The notes beneath the pieces were generated by a model. The model had not been told where the DNA came from and did no database searches. It saw nothing but the letters and a program-made list of their open reading frames with translations. From Bacteroidota bacterium (GTDB lineage: Bacteria; Bacteroidota; Bacteroidia; AKYH767-A; OLB10): 64,000 bases of DNA. Shown in pieces: positions 49,095-57,354 of the stretch. A program made the position numbers and the translations under genes. Within the stretch, counting starts at the first letter, position 1. Every line of letters begins with the position of its first letter. The stretch covers positions 256-64,255 of the forward strand of contig CAUJFJ010000009.1 of NCBI GenBank assembly GCA_963169675.1, read 5' to 3'.

Positions 49095-51740
49095 ATGAAA
49101 TCATTTTACGTAATTATAACTGTAGCACTTTTAAGTGCATTTTCAACTGATGCGCAAATTGCTATCGACTGGCAACAATGTTTAGGTGGTTCGGAAACTG
49201 AAGTTTCTCAGGATCTGATGCAGTTGCCAGATGGTGGTTATGTTATTTTAGGATCTGTATATTCACTGAATGGTGATGTTTCAGGCAATCATGGTCAAAC
49301 TGATATTTGGCTGGCCCGCACTGATGCATTCGGTAATTTACTCTGGCAAAAGTGTCTAGGAGGAACTTTAGAAGAGTTTGGCAACTCTGTTCAATTAACA
49401 ACTGATGGCGGCTTTATCATATGTGGTTCAACAAAGTCAAATAATTTCGATGTGAGCGGGAATCATGGATTATTAGATTTATGGTTGGTTAAAACCGACA
49501 GCTTAGGAAATATAGAATGGCAAAAGTGTTATGGGGGAACAAATAATGAAACAGGCAATAAAGTAATTTTAACCAACGATGGTGGTTATGCAATTGCAGG
49601 AAAAACCGGAACCTCCAACAACGGCGATGTTTCTGGCTATCACGCTTCCACGGATTTCTGGCTGCTAAAAACTGATAGTTTAGGAACGCTGCTCTGGCAG
49701 AAGTGCCTGGGTGGTACTTTATATGAAGAAGCATTTGATCTGTTGCAAACAAATGATTCCGGTTTTATTATTTCAGGTTATACAAACTCTTCGAACTTTG
49801 ATGTTACTGATACCATCTTGGGAACTGATGGGTGGATGGTTAAAACAGATTCAGTGGGAAACATGATTTGGAATCATACTTTAGGTACTGTTGGCGAATA
49901 CCTATTAGTTCAAATGATTGCCACATCAGATGGAGGTTACCTGATGATTGGGAAAATGAAAAATGGGTTTCCAAACAGTGCACCTTTGTATCAGTTGTAT
50001 GTTGTTAAAACCAATAGTATGGGAATTACTGAGTGGACAAGTAACTATGGAGGATCTGAGGACGAAGACGGCTATTCTTTAGTGGAATTATCAGATGGAA
50101 ATTTTATGCTTGGAGGTTTCACGGCATCAACTAATGGGGATGCTGTTGGAAATTTACCTAATAACAACGGTTCTGTGTGGTTATTAAAGATTGACAACAT
50201 GGGAACAATCATATATCAAAAATCGTTTGGCGGTAATTCTTATGAAATCATGTCATCTATCCTAATAAATAGTGAAGGAGGCATTACCCTTTTGGGATCT
50301 ACTTATTCTATAAATGGTGACATAGATGGGAATCATGGGAAGGCAGATTTGTGGTTAGTGAAATTTACAGAGCAATATAATGTAATAAGTGGGAAACTTT
50401 TTATTGACTCAAATTTAAATGGAATTCAGGACAACGGTGAAAGTGGTGTGAGTAATGTAAAAGTAAATGAACTGAATACAAGCCGGCTCGATTTTACCGA
50501 TTTTGCTGGAAATTATTCAATTTTAGTTACAGATACTGGAAATTTTGATATCAGCCCCGCACAAATCAATTATTATAACAATTTTCCGGCAATACATTCA
50601 GCATATTTCGATACGAGTACATTAACGGATTCGCTGAATGATTTCGCACTTCAGCCAACTGGCAACTTCAATGATTTGTGTGTTTCGATCACGCCTGTTG
50701 GAAATTTTAGGTCTGGCATGAATGGCCATTATGTCATCAATTATAAAAATTATGGAACAACTACTCTCAGCCCTACCATAATATTTTATCCCGATCCCAA
50801 TTTAACTTTTGTTTCTTCTTCACCTTCACCTTCATCTATAACTCCAGATTCTATTGTATGGGTTGCAGGTTTGTTAACACCATTTCAGGAAGGAACTATT
50901 TTAATAAAGGTTGATATAATGCAAGGCTTGATCATTGGAACATTAATAAATTCAAGCGCTTTTATTAATCCTGTTGTTAATGATGTAAATCCAGGTTGCA
51001 ACCAATCCTATTGGGAAATTTTTATAACAGGAAGTTATGATCCAAACGATATTCTTGTCAGCCGGGATACATTATTTACCAGCGAATTGATTACACCGGA
51101 TTACCTTGATTATATCATCCGATTTCAAAATACCGGAAACGATACTGCATTTACAGTTAAAGTAGTTAATAAGATTTCAACGGATCTGGATTTAAGTTCC
51201 TTTCAAATTGTTGGGTCAAGTCATAATATGAATGCTGCCTTCATAGGAAATGACCGCAAAATGGAATTTATTTTTTCTGATATTTTGCTTCCCGACAGTT
51301 CTGTGAACGAAGCAGACAGCCATGGCTTCGTCAGATATCGCATTAAACCGACAACTACATTAGTAGCGGGAGATACAATTAAAAATCAAGCTGACATTTA
51401 TTTTGATTTCAACATGCCAGTTTTAACCAACATAGCGACTACCGAAATTGTTATGCCTGTTGGGGTTTCTGAAACAATTCAAAATTTTATCAACATAAAA
51501 GTTTATCCTAATCCTGCAAATGATAATATGCATTTGGAAATTATGGGAGTCTCTAATCAATATATTGAAGTATCAATGTATACTATTTTCGGACAATTGA
51601 TTGAAAATATTTACAAGGGAAGAGTTCATGGTGATAAAATGGAACTGAGTAAGGACTTGAAAAATGTTTCAAATGGTATTTATTTTATCAAAATTGCCTC
51701 TCAGGCAGGAGAAGCGAATCTTAAATTAATAAAATATTAA
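49095..51740 (+). CDS. SBBP beta-propeller-repeat protein (third paralog) with a T9SS C-terminal sorting domain
   Basis: Repeats of the form GGT..E......T.DGG..I.G.T.S.N.DVSGNHG..D.WLVKTDS.GN..WQKC.GG. A SYDPNDILVS...IRFQNTGNDTAFTVKVVNKISTD block, LPDSSVNEADSHGF and a C-terminal YPNPANDNMHLEI...GIYFIKIASQAGEANLKLIKY CTD. Confidence 0.6.
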   Translation: MKSFYVIITVALLSAFSTDAQIAIDWQQCLGGSETEVSQDLMQLPDGGYVILGSVYSLNGDVSGNHGQTDIWLARTDAFGNLLWQKCLGGTLEEFGNSVQLTTDGGFIICGSTKSNNFDVSGNHGLLDLWLVKTDSLGNIEWQKCYGGTNNETGNKVILTNDGGYAIAGKTGTSNNGDVSGYHASTDFWLLKTDSLGTLLWQKCLGGTLYEEAFDLLQTNDSGFIISGYTNSSNFDVTDTILGTDGWMVKTDSVGNMIWNHTLGTVGEYLLVQMIATSDGGYLMIGKMKNGFPNSAPLYQLYVVKTNSMGITEWTSNYGGSEDEDGYSLVELSDGNFMLGGFTASTNGDAVGNLPNNNGSVWLLKIDNMGTIIYQKSFGGNSYEIMSSILINSEGGITLLGSTYSINGDIDGNHGKADLWLVKFTEQYNVISGKLFIDSNLNGIQDNGESGVSNVKVNELNTSRLDFTDFAGNYSILVTDTGNFDISPAQINYYNNFPAIHSAYFDTSTLTDSLNDFALQPTGNFNDLCVSITPVGNFRSGMNGHYVINYKNYGTTTLSPTIIFYPDPNLTFVSSSPSPSSITPDSIVWVAGLLTPFQEGTILIKVDIMQGLIIGTLINSSAFINPVVNDVNPGCNQSYWEIFITGSYDPNDILVSRDTLFTSELITPDYLDYIIRFQNTGNDTAFTVKVVNKISTDLDLSSFQIVGSSHNMNAAFIGNDRKMEFIFSDILLPDSSVNEADSHGFVRYRIKPTTTLVAGDTIKNQADIYFDFNMPVLTNIATTEIVMPVGVSETIQNFINIKVYPNPANDNMHLEIMGVSNQYIEVSMYTIFGQLIENIYKGRVHGDKMELSKDLKNVSNGIYFIKIASQAGEANLKLIKY

Positions 51741-51854
51741 ATAGCCAGATTATTTTTAAACAGGCCATTCCGCTTTTAGAGAATAGTATTAGAAATCTGT
51801 GTTAGAACCACTGCAGGACGCTAAACGAAAAGCATAGTTTTAATTCTAAAACAC

Positions 51855-51904
51855 CCTGAATGGCGAAAGCCCCGCCGGTTAGGCGAGGCTTTCTCTGTTT
51901 CAGA
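51855..51904. repeat. REP-like hairpin element, copy 2 (inner stem identical to the 48521-48548 copy; outer stem degenerate)
   Basis: CCCTGAATGGCGAAAGCCCCGCCGGTTAGGCGAGGCTTTCTCTGTTTCAG, 115 nt downstream of the 49095..51740 stop. Confidence 0.6.
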
Positions 51905-52024
51905 GAATAAATTTGTAAGAAGTTCGCAGCATTTTCAAAGAATAATTTACAGACCTATCCTGAAGCAGAGTTTTAGTTTAATCGCTCCGCTTCAACCCTA
52001 AAACACGATTCAGGATCAGGCCCA

Positions 52025-52080
52025 CCCTGAAGCGTGAAAAGCCGCACCAATTAAGGGGCGGCTTTTCTCTGCTTCAGGGG
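52025..52080. repeat. REP-like hairpin element, copy 3, abutting the 3' end of tRNA-Met
   Basis: The outer stem CCCTGAAGC/GCTTCAGGG is identical to copy 1. The inner stem has a different sequence (AAAAGCCGC..GCGGCTTTT) but keeps the pairing. Confidence 0.65.
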
Positions 52081-52154
52081 TGGGCCTACTTGGGCTCGAA
52101 CCAAGGACCCACAGATTATGAGTCTGTTGCTCTAACCAACTGAGCTATAGGCCC
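52081..52154 (-). tRNA. tRNA-Met (anticodon CAT); it could equally be a tRNA-Ile2 precursor (lysidine), which cannot be distinguished from sequence alone
   Basis: The reverse complement gives GGGCCTATAGCTCAGTTGGTTAGAGCAACAGACTCATAATCTGTGGGTCCTTGGTTCGAGCCCAAGTAGGCCCA. It has a 7-bp acceptor stem, a GGTTCGAG T-loop and a 7-nt anticodon loop CTCATAA. CC is genomically encoded after the discriminator A. Confidence 0.85.
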
Positions 52155-52260
52155 CAACTATTTTCAGATACTTAAATTCTGAGGTGCGAAATTAGGGTTA
52201 TTGTGGGTATTATCCAAATTCGGGAACATAGAATTTAACTGGTTGAGGAGAGTTCAATAA

Positions 52261-52291
52261 AAAAGGCTGCCCTGAAGCAGCCTTTTTTCAA
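52261..52291. terminator. Bidirectional rho-independent terminator (A6-GGCTGC-CCTGAA-GCAGCC-T6)
   Basis: A perfect 6-bp GC-rich stem flanked by an A-run and a T-run, lying between the tRNA and the stop of CDS 52307..52729. Its loop and stem carry the REP-family CCTGAAGCAG motif. Confidence 0.6.
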
Positions 52292-52306
52292 TTTATATTT
52301 TTTTAA

Positions 52307-52729
52307 TTATCTGATAAAGTAATCATTAAGAGGCTCAAACACATAGTCTGTCCAACCATCATAATGCTTATCAGCCTCTTCCTGAGAAGGAAATCCTGTG
52401 TGGTCGAGCTGTACTTCGCTGCCGGCAGAATTGGACTTTATTTGCCAGGTTACCAGCGAAGGGGTCGTTTTTTTGTCCCATTCACCCGGTTTCCAGGTAT
52501 AGGATAGTACTTTTTTCTTTGGATCAAATACTACCACTTTTCCTTTTACCCAACCATCAAAGAGTTCAAAATTGCCATCAACTTTTGGCTCCATTTTGCC
52601 TCCGCCATCGCACCATTCACTAATCAGTGCTTCTTTGGTAAGTGCGTCAAACAATTTTTCCGGTGAAGCATAAATGATGTACTTCATCGATAAGGCAAAT
52701 GTTTTTCGTTGCGTTGCAGCAGCAGACAT
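52307..52729 (-). CDS. SRPBCC-superfamily (AHSA1/START-like) small protein
   Basis: Pattern typical of Aha1-domain proteins (ASPEKLFDALT...GWVKGKVV..DP.KK...TW), about 130-140 aa. Confidence 0.45.
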   Translation of the reverse strand: MSAAATQRKTFALSMKYIIYASPEKLFDALTKEALISEWCDGGGKMEPKVDGNFELFDGWVKGKVVVFDPKKKVLSYTWKPGEWDKKTTPSLVTWQIKSNSAGSEVQLDHTGFPSQEEADKHYDGWTDYVFEPLNDYFIR

Positions 52730-52739
52730 GAATCAGATA

Positions 52740-54827
52740 TTATTTAGTGATTACAACTTTCTGAGTAAGGTCATTACCATCGGCAACAAATCTTACGAAG
52801 TAAAGTCCGCTGTTTAAACTTTCACCGAATGTATAATTGTGCTGTCCGGCCTGCAATTTGTTGTTTTCAATTGTCTGAACAACTCTTCCTGCAATATCGG
52901 TAACTTCAATTGTCATTTCAGCGCTTTCTGCTAAACTGAAATTGATATTCGTTAAGCCTGCAGATGGATTCGGGAACACTGCAACAGTTGCAAGGAATTC
53001 CACATCCTGAATTCCTACATTCGATACACCGGTTACATTGATATCATCGATATAAATATTGTTTCCGGTATTTTGAGTGTACTCGAATTTAAATCTCACA
53101 CTTGGTTTGTTATTGTATGAAACGCTGTTTAAGTTCACGGTTTCAAGTCTCCACTGTGAAGAACCATTTGGTGTAAATGCAGCAGATAAGATTCCGGCAG
53201 TTGATAAGGTTAATCCTGTTTTGGTATAACGGATATTCCAGTTTTGTCCACAATTGCTGGAAGCATAAACTTTCAACTGATCTGATGAAGCACTGCTACG
53301 AGCTGCGAATGCTAATTGGAATGTCATTCCGGCATTAACAATATTTGTGAAGTTGTATCCCGGAGTAACAAATGCATCAACAGTACCATTCGGATTTCCG
53401 GAATGATTTACCAGTCGCATAGAATTTGAACCACTCACAGCAGCTGCAGTTGATAAGCCCCATGCATTTCCGGTAGCATTTTCGATCATCCAGTTACTTC
53501 CTGAAGGAATTGGACCGGTGTTCTCAAAATTTTCAACAAAAGGAACAGCCTGAGCGCCCACTGCATCGCTTACAACAATAATCTGCGAGCGGGTAACAGA
53601 ACTACTTCCTCCTGCATTTGAAACAGTAAGCGTAACATCATAAACTCCGGGAGTATTGTATGTAATTACCGGATTCTGATCAGGAGATGTTGAAGGACTT
53701 CCTCCCGGGAAATCCCATGCCCAGCTTGTTGGAGCAGCTTTCCACGACATGTCCGTAAATGTTAATGTTGATCCGGTGCAGATATATTTAATAGCAGTTC
53801 CAAAATCAGCCTGTGGTGCACATGGTCCACCAACAAATCCATCATTAGTTCCGGTAGCAATTAAATTTGCAGGAGTAGGTAAATTATTTCTGTCGCTGGC
53901 ATTATTGTTAAGTGCTCCATGCATCCTTGCTTTTTGTCCATCAGTAAACATATAATGACAACTTGCATAGTCCATATAATTTTGAACGTTATCCAAAGTT
54001 CCACATGTTACCTGAGTCAGGTCACATGAGAAATTTGCAACTCCAATTGTATTTGGTGTATCTGCAACAAAATCATCATCAGAGCAATTTTGTGGAAGGC
54101 CTGGATTATTAGTTCCACCCCAGGTGTGAGGAAGATTCAGGTAGTGACCAACTTCGTGTGTGAGTGAGCGTGCTGAATAATTTGAGCCATTGCTGGTGCC
54201 AATACTTCCCACATAATCGGAGCGGATCACAACACCATCAATAGCACCTGAAATACCAGGGAAGTAAGCATATCCTGCTGCACCACTTGCAATATTCGCA
54301 ACAACCCAAATGTTGAAATAATTTTCATTTGGCCATCCTATCAAAGCTTTCACACCATCGTCGGCATCATAAGTCTGTGATGAAACGGTGCGTGTAATTC
54401 CGTCGGTGCAATTTCCATTTGGATCTAATTGCGCCAAACGAAACTGAACCTGAACATCGGCAATAATAGATTGGAAAGCCGGAGCAATCAACACACTATC
54501 AGCATAAAGTTTCTGAAAGCTTTTATTCAGGATGTCAACAGCATCTTCAATTTGAGCTTTAGAAATATTTTCTGAACCGTAATTGTGAATTACATGGAAT
54601 ACTACCGGAATAGTATACAGGATAGTGCCGGAAGTTTTTTGATTTCCCTGCTGTTGAATGAATTGCAGCGTTTGTTGTTGCAACTGCGCCATTCTTTGCG
54701 CATAACCCGGATCCTGTAATTTGGCCTTTCTAACCATTTCATCAGTATCGCACGGGCGATATTGTTGTGCGTTGACCGAAGAGAATACAGCGGTCATCAG
54801 GAATACTGCAAGTAGTAATTTTTTCAT
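52740..54827 (-). CDS. M43-family (cytophagalysin/pappalysin-like) zinc metalloprotease with a T9SS C-terminal sorting domain
   Basis: Signal peptide MKKLLLAVFLMTAVFSSVNAQ. HEVGHYLNLPHTWG zinc-binding HExxH...H region. C-terminal VFPNPSAGLTNINF...GLYFVRFVADGNDLTQKVVITK CTD. Confidence 0.7.
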   Translation of the reverse strand: MKKLLLAVFLMTAVFSSVNAQQYRPCDTDEMVRKAKLQDPGYAQRMAQLQQQTLQFIQQQGNQKTSGTILYTIPVVFHVIHNYGSENISKAQIEDAVDILNKSFQKLYADSVLIAPAFQSIIADVQVQFRLAQLDPNGNCTDGITRTVSSQTYDADDGVKALIGWPNENYFNIWVVANIASGAAGYAYFPGISGAIDGVVIRSDYVGSIGTSNGSNYSARSLTHEVGHYLNLPHTWGGTNNPGLPQNCSDDDFVADTPNTIGVANFSCDLTQVTCGTLDNVQNYMDYASCHYMFTDGQKARMHGALNNNASDRNNLPTPANLIATGTNDGFVGGPCAPQADFGTAIKYICTGSTLTFTDMSWKAAPTSWAWDFPGGSPSTSPDQNPVITYNTPGVYDVTLTVSNAGGSSSVTRSQIIVVSDAVGAQAVPFVENFENTGPIPSGSNWMIENATGNAWGLSTAAAVSGSNSMRLVNHSGNPNGTVDAFVTPGYNFTNIVNAGMTFQLAFAARSSASSDQLKVYASSNCGQNWNIRYTKTGLTLSTAGILSAAFTPNGSSQWRLETVNLNSVSYNNKPSVRFKFEYTQNTGNNIYIDDINVTGVSNVGIQDVEFLATVAVFPNPSAGLTNINFSLAESAEMTIEVTDIAGRVVQTIENNKLQAGQHNYTFGESLNSGLYFVRFVADGNDLTQKVVITK

Positions 54828-54918
54828 TTTCAGAGTTGTGATTTTATTTTATAAAACTTCAGCTATTGTTTTAAAAATGCCGGTGATTACAATCGTAATT
54901 CACCGGCATCTTATTTTT

Positions 54919-57027
54919 TTATTTGTTAATCATTATTTTTCTGGAAGTAACATATCCGTCAGCATTCAAACGAACACTATACAATCCTGCTGCTAATCCT
55001 GAAGGTAATTCAAATTGATATTCACCTGCATCAAGTGTAGTCGCTGCAATTTCATTCACCACGCGACCCATCACATCCAATACATCAATACGAATTGTCT
55101 GACGGCTTGTTAAGGTGAAGTCAAGTGTTGCAACAGACATAGCAGGATTCGGATAAACACTGAAATCCAAAGCTTCTTCCAATACTTCATTGATTCCTAC
55201 TGTGCCATCTAAGTTAATATCGTCAATGTAAATATTGTTACCTGTATTTTGCAGGTATTCAAATTTGAAACGAACGTTTGGTTTGTTGTTGTATGAAGAG
55301 CTCGCTATGTTAACTGTTTCCTGACGCCATTGAGTTGAATTCGGAATAAAGTTAGTTGCAAGCACACCTGCAGTTGATAATGTTGTACCTGATTTGTTGT
55401 AACGGATAGCCCACAACTGACCGCATGAAGTTGAAGCATATACTTTCAACTGATCGGTGCTGGCAGTGGAACGTGCAGCAAATGCAAGCCAGAAAGTTAA
55501 GTTTGCTTGTGTAACATTCGTCAGGTTATAGGTAGGAGTAAGGAAAATATCGGATGTGTTTGTAGTGTTTCCTGTGTAGTTATTGATATAAACAGCATTG
55601 GAACCGGTATGGCTAGCCTGAGTAGTTTGTGTCCATGTATTTCCACCACCATTGGTAATTGGCCAGTCTGTTCCGGGGAAGGTGATGCTTTCAAATCCTT
55701 CAGCATAAGGGATTGCATTTGCTCCCAGAGCAGGAACAACAGTAACATTACCGGTTAAAGTTTTTGAGTCGGTACCGGCAGAGTTGGTAACGGTAAGTGT
55801 TACATCATAAACACCGGCAGTGTTGTATTGCACTGCTGGATTCTGGAGGGGTGAAGATGCAGGAGTTCCACCTGGGAAATCCCACTGCCATGATGTTGGA
55901 TCGCCGTTCCAGGAGCCATCAGTAAAGGTGATTGTTGTTCCTTCGCAAACAATGTTGATATTGTTGGTAAAGTCTGCAACTGGAACACAAACTGCACCCG
56001 GAGTTCCTGTAGTACCTGTAGCGATGAGGTTTGCGGATGACCATAAATTATTTCTGCCGCTGGTGCTTGAATTCAAGGTTGCATTCATACGCGCACATTG
56101 ACCGATTGAGAATATATTCTGGCAATTTCCATTCGTGTAATCCATGTAGTTGGTGTACATATCTCCGTTTGGACCGTTATTGCAGGTTACATGTGGGAAT
56201 GCAGGACAGTTAGATTGATTTGCTGCTTGTTGGGTAGGGGTATCTGTAACGAAATCTGAACCACAGTTAGCATCGCCCCAAATGTGACGAAGATTCAACC
56301 AGTGACCTATTTCGTGTGTTGCTGTTCTTCCGAAATTTCCAGAGTTTGCTGCCGTTCCTATAGATCCGGTAAAATCATTTTTAAGAACAATTCCATCTGT
56401 CAATGCAGAACCTGTTCCGGGGAATTGTGCAAAACCAACTACGATTCCTGCGCCACCACTGGTATTTTCAATTGATTTAACTACCCAAACATTCAGGTAT
56501 TTGTCGCGTGGCCAGTAACTCAATGCTTTAACATTGTCGCGTGCATTGTTAGTCAACGGACTGAAAACACGAACAACACCATCGGTACAATTTCCCTGAG
56601 GATCGAGTGTTGCTATACGGAATTCAACTTCACAATCGCCACCTAAAGGTTGGAAGGCAGAAGGTGTGTTGGTAGTATCAGCATTTAAGCGACGGAAATC
56701 CTTATTCAACGTTTCAAGTTGGTTGAGACACTGAGCTCTGGAAATATTTTCAAAACCACCCTCATGAATCACGTGAAACACAACTGGGATCACCTTCACA
56801 ACTCCGGCACTCTTGTTAGCGCTTCCTTGCTTTGATGCAATATATTGATTTACAAACTTATGTGTTTCAATCTCAAGTTGCTGTTCCTGCTTCAGGTATT
56901 CCGGATTTTCTTGGATATACTGACGATAGTAATGGTCGGTCAGGCACTTGTCATGATGCTGGGAATTAGATTGGGCAAACATTCCTAGTGGAAGTACCAT
57001 CAGAAGCATCGTGTAAAGCTTTTTCAT
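54919..57027 (-). CDS. M43-family zinc metalloprotease paralog with a T9SS C-terminal sorting domain
   Basis: Start set at ATG 57027 for the signal peptide MKKLYTMLLMVLPLGMFAQS. HEIGHWLNLRHIWG motif. A C-terminal roughly 100-aa non-catalytic block that is nearly identical to the neighbour, then a YPNPAMSVATLDF...GLYSVRLNADGYVTSRKIMINK CTD. Confidence 0.7.
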   Translation of the reverse strand: MKKLYTMLLMVLPLGMFAQSNSQHHDKCLTDHYYRQYIQENPEYLKQEQQLEIETHKFVNQYIASKQGSANKSAGVVKVIPVVFHVIHEGGFENISRAQCLNQLETLNKDFRRLNADTTNTPSAFQPLGGDCEVEFRIATLDPQGNCTDGVVRVFSPLTNNARDNVKALSYWPRDKYLNVWVVKSIENTSGGAGIVVGFAQFPGTGSALTDGIVLKNDFTGSIGTAANSGNFGRTATHEIGHWLNLRHIWGDANCGSDFVTDTPTQQAANQSNCPAFPHVTCNNGPNGDMYTNYMDYTNGNCQNIFSIGQCARMNATLNSSTSGRNNLWSSANLIATGTTGTPGAVCVPVADFTNNINIVCEGTTITFTDGSWNGDPTSWQWDFPGGTPASSPLQNPAVQYNTAGVYDVTLTVTNSAGTDSKTLTGNVTVVPALGANAIPYAEGFESITFPGTDWPITNGGGNTWTQTTQASHTGSNAVYINNYTGNTTNTSDIFLTPTYNLTNVTQANLTFWLAFAARSTASTDQLKVYASTSCGQLWAIRYNKSGTTLSTAGVLATNFIPNSTQWRQETVNIASSSYNNKPNVRFKFEYLQNTGNNIYIDDINLDGTVGINEVLEEALDFSVYPNPAMSVATLDFTLTSRQTIRIDVLDVMGRVVNEIAATTLDAGEYQFELPSGLAAGLYSVRLNADGYVTSRKIMINK

Positions 57028-57354
57028 GAGGGATATTGGTTTATAGTTAGAATATTGATTTACAACAGACTGGAGGTTGATTTGGTTTTGATTCGATAAA
57101 AAAAGATGCTTGAACTGCTCAAACATCTCATTTTACCTTCTAAGCCGCTAATTTACAGAAAAAAAGGCTCAAAAACAAGGTCACATTGTCATGGGATGGT
57201 AAAGCTATGTAGATTGTAGAGAAACGGCCCTTATATATCTAAATGTCAATTGTTTAGAAAAATTTAGTCAGGTTGTTTGAAAGGGAGGAAATTGTGACAT
57301 TTCTTGGCTGTTCGAAAAGAATGCACTACATTCGTCATAAATATAAATCAACCC

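Noticed and set aside
39427-52076. Searched for an integrase, excisionase or transposase gene to support a mobile-element call
   Set aside because: None is present. All ORFs are T9SS cargo, so the region is reported as att-like repeats or a decayed island rather than an annotated mobile element.
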